A stretch of DNA of 64,000 nucleotides, taken from IMG/VR virus record IMGVR_UViG_3300020576_001330, positions 451 through 64,450 of that record. One strand, written 5' to 3'. Shown piece after piece: positions 58,488 to 64,000 of this stretch. The translations under genes were made by a program, and so were the position numbers. The notes beneath the pieces are model-generated. The model had not been told where the DNA came from. It saw nothing but the letters and a program-made list of their open reading frames with translations, and did no database searches. This DNA comes from a virus (Duplodnaviria > Caudoviricetes). How positions within the stretch are numbered: position 1 is the first letter of the stretch; each line of letters opens with the position of its first letter.

Positions 58488-59036
58488 TTAAATTGGATCT
58501 ATATCCTCAAAAGCTCCTGATTCCTCACCACCACGAGCTCTTGTATTTTCTTGTAATTCTTTTCTAATCTTTTCATCTAACTTTGCAAGTGATTCAGCTA
58601 CCTTAGCTGTATCTCCCATTGCTTTAGTTACATCAGTTACTTTATAAACAGGTTGCCCTCTTTTATCTCTCTCTTGAAAGTTAACTGAGTTGAAGTAATT
58701 GATCAATTCTTCTAATGTATTTTGAGCTGCTTTAATAAGACGCATACTTGGAGTCTTCTGCAATTGATTATATTTATCAATCGCATTTAGTACATCTTGA
58801 TCAGGTACATAATTACCTCCAAATATATCTTCCTTAATAGCTTGATCTCTTTCTTCTTGAGGAAAGGCTAAGTAACTGGATTTATAATCAGCTGTAAAAT
58901 ATACAAAGGCTAACTCTTTAAAAGCTTTAGCTTTATCCTTACTCTTGTCCCTGTCCCACAAAATAGCAAATTCTTGAATTGCCAGTGTATGGGGCAGGGG
59001 TTCAATTGCAGTCTTATTAAATTTAAATAATAACAT
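58488..59036 (-). CDS. Conserved crAss-like protein upstream of terL (small terminase candidate)
   Basis: WDRDKSKDKAKAFKELAFVYF...TPSMRLI helical protein; TerS role inferred from position only. Confidence 0.5.
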   Translation of the reverse strand: MLLFKFNKTAIEPLPHTLAIQEFAILWDRDKSKDKAKAFKELAFVYFTADYKSSYLAFPQEERDQAIKEDIFGGNYVPDQDVLNAIDKYNQLQKTPSMRLIKAAQNTLEELINYFNSVNFQERDKRGQPVYKVTDVTKAMGDTAKVAESLAKLDEKIRKELQENTRARGGEESGAFEDIDPI

Positions 59037-59299
59037 TAGTTCTTTTTTGAAGCTACGTACTCTGTTACTGTTTTAGACATTGGAAAGTCTGTTAAACAAA
59101 TTGTAGTATAAGGATTTCTAATTCCGTCATATGGATTAGAAGTACCAACCCAAGGACCTTGCCAAGGCATAACAGGGTATGGATTTTGAGGAATACTTGG
59201 AATATATTCAATTTGTTTATCCAATAGAATAACTAACTCTTCCATTGTAATTTGATCTGCTTTAAGTAGTCTTGATAAAATATCTAGTTTCTTATTCAT
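59036..59299 (-). CDS. Hypothetical protein
   Basis: 87-aa ORF, Pro-rich middle, TAATG-coupled. Confidence 0.6.
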   Translation of the reverse strand: MNKKLDILSRLLKADQITMEELVILLDKQIEYIPSIPQNPYPVMPWQGPWVGTSNPYDGIRNPYTTICLTDFPMSKTVTEYVASKKN

Positions 59300-59534
59300 G
59301 TAATGCTTTGTCTAATTTTATATATGTTGAAAGTCTGCACTTTCCTTGTTGTACTGCTTGAAATAAATCTTGTGTCATTCTTTCAATAAGTGCCTTTTCA
59401 TATGTAATAATTGGGTCAACATAAAAACTTAACGGAGCAGAGTCTATTATTAATTTCCAACATTGTCTAAATTGCTCTGCTGAGACACCTTCTGGTAATT
59501 TTGTTATATCTATTTTTAAAACTTTTTCGTCCAC
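59292..59534 (-). CDS. Hypothetical protein
   Basis: 80-aa ORF in operon. Confidence 0.55.
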   Translation of the reverse strand: MDEKVLKIDITKLPEGVSAEQFRQCWKLIIDSAPLSFYVDPIITYEKALIERMTQDLFQAVQQGKCRLSTYIKLDKALHE

Positions 59535-59923
59535 TATTTCAAATTTTCTAATTTATAAATCCCTTTACTTATATCTCCAATCAAATCCTGAAGTTTATTC
59601 TGAATGTCTGGAGCATAATTAAAAGCTGCTTGTTTACTTGTTACATATGTACGTACTTCTTTTAAGTACGCAATAGGCTCTTCTGCATTTGAAGCGGGAA
59701 TAGTATAAGGTTGTAATCCTTTATATCCCTGAATCAATTCAGCAATGGTATCAGCATGATCTCTTACTGCATCATAGAGATCTCCTAAAGCTACATGGGC
59801 AGCATAACTTGTAGTTTTTAAATGCGCTAAATGGAGCACATCACCACAATGAAATAATTTACCTACAAATTCTACTTCCATACTTGTTGAGGAGTTTACC
59901 AGTCGTTTTACTTTTGTATCCAT
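59534..59923 (-). CDS. Ferritin/Dps-like four-helix protein (DUF5856-like)
   Basis: HLAHL...YAAHVALGDLYD...DTIAELIQG...IYKLENLK. Confidence 0.7.
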   Translation of the reverse strand: MDTKVKRLVNSSTSMEVEFVGKLFHCGDVLHLAHLKTTSYAAHVALGDLYDAVRDHADTIAELIQGYKGLQPYTIPASNAEEPIAYLKEVRTYVTSKQAAFNYAPDIQNKLQDLIGDISKGIYKLENLK

Positions 59924-60300
59924 TAGTTAATGTCTTTACTCATTAATGGTGCTGCAAGTCCTGAGTGACTTGAGTTCAATTTAGCTTTAGATAGCATATC
60001 AGCCAGCTCTTTATCAATTACACCTGTTACTTCATATTCATTGATCAATGCATAGTTTTTACCGTTAAATTCCATCATAAGGAATTGTACATGTGGTACA
60101 GTAACTACATAATCACCTGGTTTCATTGTAACAACATCCTTACCTACTGCGTGCACAATACACCAAGGCTCAGGATCAAATTTAGTTTTACCAGCTTTAA
60201 CAATTCCTGATCCTGGAATCAACTCACTGGATTCAGCTACAATTTCTACAAGTACTCTGTTGAGTACAGGCTTAATCATTTCTCCTACTAATTTTGTCAT
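59923..60300 (-). CDS. groES: Co-chaperonin GroES-like protein
   Basis: IKPVLNRVLV, SGIV, VHAVG, KPGDYV, YALINEYEV. Confidence 0.8.
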   Translation of the reverse strand: MTKLVGEMIKPVLNRVLVEIVAESSELIPGSGIVKAGKTKFDPEPWCIVHAVGKDVVTMKPGDYVVTVPHVQFLMMEFNGKNYALINEYEVTGVIDKELADMLSKAKLNSSHSGLAAPLMSKDIN

Positions 60301-60623
60301 ATTTGTGTTTTTACTTGTTCCAATTCTTCAATTACCGAAAGTCTCTCAAGATCTTTGTCTATCGGGTATTTATAGGTTAGCTTTACTCTTAATAAAGCTA
60401 CTTCTTTTTCCAGATAATCTACCCTACGATCCATATTGTAGTAATTATCAATAAAAGGTTTTAATATTTGATTTACATATCTTTGAGATGTAGTTAAACT
60501 AATCTCTCCACTCCTGTATAAATTTAAAAGTTTTAAAATCTGTTCATCATTTATAACTTTAGGATTTAATTCGTAAGTCTTAGGTTTTTTAAAAAACCCC
60601 TTTATTTTATCTACCACCCTCAT
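60297..60623 (-). CDS. Hypothetical protein
   Basis: 108-aa helical ORF. Confidence 0.6.
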   Translation of the reverse strand: MRVVDKIKGFFKKPKTYELNPKVINDEQILKLLNLYRSGEISLTTSQRYVNQILKPFIDNYYNMDRRVDYLEKEVALLRVKLTYKYPIDKDLERLSVIEELEQVKTQI

Positions 60624-60970
60624 CTTTTTGTTTTTATTCCTTTTAAAAATCCAATTGGTGTTCTTCTTGTTGTTTTATGATTCTGTTCTTTTAGAGCACA
60701 TATGTATTCATAACTATGTTCAATTACTACATCTCCATAATCCTTTACAAACACACGACACTTATTCTTTATAATACTGCCCTTAGAGTTTAGTATCTGT
60801 TCTGGTCTAGATACATCATCTATATCCCACTGATGTTTAATGATAATTCCCTTTTTAATTAATCTGGGTTTATCTTTTTCACTTTTAGGCTCTGAATATA
60901 AATCAACCTTTGTTTTAAATTCAAGTAACATATTAGATCCATTTATCTCCATCTGGATGAGGACATGCAC
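60620..60970 (-). CDS. Hypothetical protein
   Basis: 116-aa ORF; start uncertain. Confidence 0.6.
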   Translation of the reverse strand: MHVLIQMEINGSNMLLEFKTKVDLYSEPKSEKDKPRLIKKGIIIKHQWDIDDVSRPEQILNSKGSIIKNKCRVFVKDYGDVVIEHSYEYICALKEQNHKTTRRTPIGFLKGIKTKR

Positions 60971-61187
60971 AAGCTACACATCTTACCTTTGCTTCCAGTA
61001 CACAACCACATTGGGTACATGTACTTAATACATTTAAAGCTTTTGGATAAGCTGAGTTTAATGGACAATTAGAGCAGATCTCTAATCTCTTTTTAGCCAG
61101 TATCTCTGCCTCCTCATTGTGCCATACCAGATTTGTCCAGCCCTCCAGAATCTGACTTATCTTGCTTTGCTTGTTTTCTGAGCTCAT
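60933..61187 (-). CDS. Small Cys-rich putative Zn-binding protein
   Basis: RLEICSNCP...CTQCGC...CP...KW. Confidence 0.6.
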   Translation of the reverse strand: MSSENKQSKISQILEGWTNLVWHNEEAEILAKKRLEICSNCPLNSAYPKALNVLSTCTQCGCVLEAKVRCVACACPHPDGDKWI

Positions 61188-61401
61188 CTCTTTCCTTCCA
61201 AACTTCAGTTAAATTTTCCTGTATCCATTTCTTTTTATTTGGGTGGACACCAAACTTCCCAAGGTACTTAAAATTTGTTGTTCCTAAATCACGATTTCTC
61301 CAGTTCTCAACCATAAACTTAAAAGGTGATTCTACAATAGCTTTAACCTGAGCTTTTGACAGGTTGTGCTTTTTACATAAAATATCAATTAAGTCTTCCA
61401 T
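61114..61401 (-). CDS. HU/IHF-like DNA-binding protein
   Basis: LSKAQVKAIVES...FKYLGKF. Confidence 0.6.
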   Translation of the reverse strand: MEDLIDILCKKHNLSKAQVKAIVESPFKFMVENWRNRDLGTTNFKYLGKFGVHPNKKKWIQENLTEVWKERDELRKQAKQDKSDSGGLDKSGMAQ

Positions 61402-61592
61402 TCAAATACATATATATCATAAGAGTCTTTGTACATATTGACATGTACCAGATGATTTAGAATTGTTCCGCTGTTTTGGCTATTAAAGGTTTCTTCCGCC
61501 TCATCAAGTCTAAGTACAATGTCAAGCATTTCTTCTAAAGTCAATTCTGGTAAAACTCTTCTACTTATTAGCTGGTGCAATTGAGAATACAA
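61389..61592 (-). CDS. Hypothetical protein
   Basis: 67-aa ORF overlapping its neighbours. Confidence 0.45.
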   Translation of the reverse strand: MYSQLHQLISRRVLPELTLEEMLDIVLRLDEAEETFNSQNSGTILNHLVHVNMYKDSYDIYVFEWKT

Positions 61593-61947
61593 TATTAATC
61601 TTTTTTAGTGATTCTAAGTCTTTAGATACAAATACTGGATTAAAGAATAAGTTTCCCTCTTCATCTTGCTTTAAGATTCCAAGAGTTAATAGTCTTTTCT
61701 CTGCTTTAATAATCTGATTCCTTGAAATCTTTAATTTCTGAGCCAGTAACTTAACGGTACTTTCTCCAAAGATAAGAGTATTTAAAGTCTTCTTATCTTT
61801 AAAACGAGATTGATTACTGTAGTATAATAGCATATAAGCAGACAGTACTCTTCGATCCGTTTCTTTCAACGGAATCTTTGGAGCCATCCACTCAAGCCAT
61901 TTATCAAAAAACTCTTTAGTTGTTGTTTGTATCTGTACAGTTATCAT
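61561..61947 (-). CDS. Winged-helix DNA-binding protein (RepL-like)
   Basis: LAQKLKISRNQIIKAEKRLLTLGIL HTH followed by FFNP wing. Confidence 0.5.
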   Translation of the reverse strand: MITVQIQTTTKEFFDKWLEWMAPKIPLKETDRRVLSAYMLLYYSNQSRFKDKKTLNTLIFGESTVKLLAQKLKISRNQIIKAEKRLLTLGILKQDEEGNLFFNPVFVSKDLESLKKINIVFSIAPANK

Positions 61948-62341
61948 TCCCTACAATCTCCATCTTCTTCTTAACTGCTTTTGGTTTGGGATGCATCTTG
62001 CCCCAAATCTTGTCTACTAAGAACCCAATCATGTACGAAAGAGGCTCTTCATTATTCATTATATCTACATCACAGGTAGTTAAAAGTCTCTTAGCTACGT
62101 GAGTAACTTCATGAGCTACAGTTCCTGGGGATGCATTAGGAGCTAAAATTACAACGTACCTTTTAGTATCAGGCTCGTCGTACAAAAACATAGCTTGGCT
62201 TATCTCCTCATCAGCTTCAGCTAAATACCAATTCTTCTTTTTAAATAAGTGCTTTTTTGCAGCATGTACATCTTCTGCTAATATTACAGTTAAGAAGGCT
62301 TCATAAATCTCAAGTTCGATTTTATATTGCTTTAGCCTCAT
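61916..62341 (-). CDS. Zincin-like metallopeptidase
   Basis: VAHEVTHVA plus downstream EEPLSY. Confidence 0.65.
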   Translation of the reverse strand: MRLKQYKIELEIYEAFLTVILAEDVHAAKKHLFKKKNWYLAEADEEISQAMFLYDEPDTKRYVVILAPNASPGTVAHEVTHVAKRLLTTCDVDIMNNEEPLSYMIGFLVDKIWGKMHPKPKAVKKKMEIVGNDNCTDTNNN

Positions 62342-62352
62342 TGTAATTTATT

Positions 62353-62415
62353 TTAACACTTTCCTTTTCCCTTGCCACCCTTTGTAGGTTTTGGCATCTT
62401 CTTTCCTTTGCTCAT
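62353..62415 (-). CDS. Basic Lys/Gly micropeptide, 20 aa (not in ORF track)
   Basis: MSKGKKMPKPTKGGKGKGKC fills the gap between two genes; A-rich leader. Confidence 0.5.
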   Translation of the reverse strand: MSKGKKMPKPTKGGKGKGKC

Positions 62416-62419
62416 TGGT

Positions 62420-62701
62420 TTATTTATTTAAATCTAAAATTATCATTCTGTAAGATTCTTTTTGTACTACAGGTTTTACTGGATCATCAAACAAAGGATG
62501 CTTCATTATTGTCCAAGTGCACTCTTGTTGACTTCCATATATACCCTCATCTTTCCATTTTTGTACCTGTTCTTCCCAAGCTTTAGCTTCTGATCCATCC
62601 AGATCCCACTCAAATGCCTGATCTCCAATATCACCAAGATGATATTTATGAAGAATAGTAGTTGATTTTTTATCAGAATGGAGTATCTCTACACTTCTCA
62701 T
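62420..62701 (-). CDS. Hypothetical protein
   Basis: 93-aa ORF. Confidence 0.6.
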   Translation of the reverse strand: MRSVEILHSDKKSTTILHKYHLGDIGDQAFEWDLDGSEAKAWEEQVQKWKDEGIYGSQQECTWTIMKHPLFDDPVKPVVQKESYRMIILDLNK

Positions 62702-62889
62702 ATCTCAAATTTTAATTTAATTCCCTTAAACTTATCTAACTCATCCAGTGCTACTATAGCTGTACTTAATTGTAACCCAGTCTTTAACATAAATTGTTTG
62801 ATCAGGTTATTAATTTGAAGTTCTAACTCTTCTTTTTCTTTAAGTAACAATTCTGTATCCATATTAAAAACTAAATATATCTCTTCCAA
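62698..62889 (-). CDS. Hypothetical coiled-coil protein
   Basis: 63-aa ORF with TTG start; an internal ATG (MDTELL) may be the true start. Confidence 0.5.
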   Translation of the reverse strand: MEEIYLVFNMDTELLLKEKEELELQINNLIKQFMLKTGLQLSTAIVALDELDKFKGIKLKFEI

Positions 62890-63086
62890 CTTAGCTGAAA
62901 ATCAGCCTATACAGTCAAGAGGGGAATTACTTCCTTGCCAACATCGTATCTGTCCACTTCATTGTCTTATTCAGATTGATACGCCTGTATAACTTTTAAG
63001 TCGAATTTAACTTAAAAGAAGATTTTACCTGATCCAAGCACCTTCCAACTTTATTAGGTTGTGCAAGTTTCCTTTAAGTTAATTAG
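62883..63086 (-). ncRNA. Candidate structured non-coding RNA
   Basis: Several stems (9-bp CTTTTAAGT/ACTTAAAAG, TATACAG/CTGTATA, CGTATC/GATACG, GTAA-tetraloop hairpin, GCTGA/TCAGC) in an ORF-free gap. Confidence 0.45.
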
Positions 63087-63160
63087 TGGCGGGGACAAGA
63101 CTCGAACTTGTGACCTCTGGATTATGAGTCCAGCATTCTAACCATCTGAACTACCCCGCT
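63087..63160 (-). tRNA. trnM: tRNA-CAT (Met; initiator/elongator/Ile2 identity unclear)
   Basis: Anticodon arm CTGGA-CTCATAA-TCCAG; A1.C72 mismatch; A73. Confidence 0.9.
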
Positions 63161-63169
63161 TTAAACCAT

Positions 63170-63355
63170 TTAAGCTTGTGGCTTAGCAATAGATTTAATC
63201 TTAGTCACAATTGACCAGATTGTACCTACTGCTGCTAAAAGTAATCCTGATACTTCAGCTACTGTGCCGTCATCAACGATTCCTTTTGCAATCAGATAAC
63301 CTCCCACGAAGGTTAAACCATGTCTGATAATTCCTGTTACTTGATCTTGATTCAT
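63170..63355 (-). CDS. Small two-TM protein (Pam3-gp28-like putative holin)
   Basis: IIRHGLTFVGGYLIAKG...VGTIWSI. Confidence 0.6.
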   Translation of the reverse strand: MNQDQVTGIIRHGLTFVGGYLIAKGIVDDGTVAEVSGLLLAAVGTIWSIVTKIKSIAKPQA

Positions 63356-63384
63356 GTTTTTATAGATTTTAGTTAACTAAGGTG

Positions 63385-63416
63385 CAAAGATAATACAAAG
63401 AAATGGAAAAGTCAAG
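63385..63416 (-). promoter_or_regulatory. Bacteroidota sigma-A promoter heading the minus-strand region
   Basis: CTTG-N20-TATCTTTG(CA). Confidence 0.8.
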
Positions 63417-63724
63417 TCTTTTTAAAGAAAGTTTTACTACACTATAGTATATTATTGAAAATGAAGCTAATAATTTTCAAAACTGTGGCAAATTTGCACT
63501 AATTTCAATAGTCTTTAGAACTTAGGTTTGAAAAACTACTGAAAATGGATGTATTTGTAATATGTACTATATTAATGTGTCTTGGTATTTACCTGGTTTT
63601 TTAGCTTTTCTAAAATTTTTTCCCAAAATTTTTTAAAAAAATGAGAACTTGAACCTGCTGTCAAAACACCACCACCTAAAATGGGCATCGGGAAAGTCCC
63701 CGTACCTTAAAAAACTATATAAGC

Positions 63725-63946
63725 ATGAAAGCTATCGTAATTTATGTTTCAAAATCAGGTAATTCTGCAATTCTTGCTGTGCGTCAATCATTTGGTGCTG
63801 TAACATGCGATGTTGCAAGTGGTTGGGTTGGCTTGAATGAGAAGGTTGAAGTTGGTCAAGAGCTTCCTATTCCAGCTAAAACTGTTGCTGTACGGGCTGA
63901 GGTTGCCAAAGATGGTACTGTGTTTAATAAGCTGGTATTCAGCTGA
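63725..63946 (+). CDS. Hypothetical beta-rich protein, first gene of the divergent arm
   Basis: 73-aa ORF with A-rich leader, followed by a terminator. Confidence 0.7.
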   Translation: MKAIVIYVSKSGNSAILAVRQSFGAVTCDVASGWVGLNEKVEVGQELPIPAKTVAVRAEVAKDGTVFNKLVFS

Positions 63947-63947
63947 T

Positions 63948-63969
63948 AAGAGGGGAGAAATCCCCTTTT
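63948..63969 (+). terminator. Intrinsic terminator
   Basis: AGGGGA-GAAA-TCCCCT plus T-run right after the stop codon. Confidence 0.8.
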
Positions 63970-64000
63970 ATTTCCATCAAACAACTACTAAACTACTAAA

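Noticed and set aside
5228-61351. Short antisense or alternate-frame ORFs in the track (e.g. 5228, 7558, 13085, 15783, 30486, 47285, 50634, 52082, 53113, 56479, 61133)
   Set aside because: They lie inside long conserved genes, have shadow-like composition and show no recognisable motifs
63523-63530. Plus-strand TAGGTTTG as a sigma-A -7 box for the early arm
   Set aside because: The nearest upstream TTTG is 26 nt away, outside the 19-21-nt spacing, and the CA extension of the other five is absent
1-64000. Stop-codon reassignment as in some crAss-like phages
   Set aside because: All core genes, including 4490-aa and 1752-aa ORFs, are intact in code 11; TAG (2564-2566) and TGA (2078-2080) end genes; no suppressor tRNA seen
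1-64000. CRISPR array, rRNA, integrase or IS element
   Set aside because: No repeat-spacer periodicity, rRNA-like sequence or recombinase/transposase motifs found

Overview
64-kb fragment of an AT-rich crAss-like (Crassvirales-type) podophage of a Bacteroidota host, in the standard genetic code. 3.1-63.4 kb is one long minus-strand late/virion region: small accessory genes and 6 tRNAs, terminase, portal, major capsid, ring/hub/fibre proteins, a lysis cassette, the muzzle protein, and four ejected (cargo) proteins, including a 4490-aa virion RNA polymerase with a DFDVD catalytic motif. Short plus-strand segments at both ends belong to the opposite, probably early/metabolic, arm. Main observations: (1) the vRNAP also carries an N-terminal lytic transglycosylase, a zincin, and C-terminal tandem NADAR-like and macrodomain-like modules, suggesting injected ADP-ribose erasers; (2) a PRPP-synthetase-like (Adps-like) gene lies just upstream of a 74-nt scar holding only the first and last codons of a NAMPT/Namat-like gene, i.e. 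an apparently deleted NARP1 partner; (3) host-derived T9SS-cargo-like, SprB-repeat and paralogous glycoside-hydrolase-like modules sit among the virion genes; (4) five identically spaced Bacteroidota sigma-A promoters; (5) a structured ~200-nt non-coding element behind a tRNA-CAT. All family assignments come from motif recognition by eye; no database searches were run.
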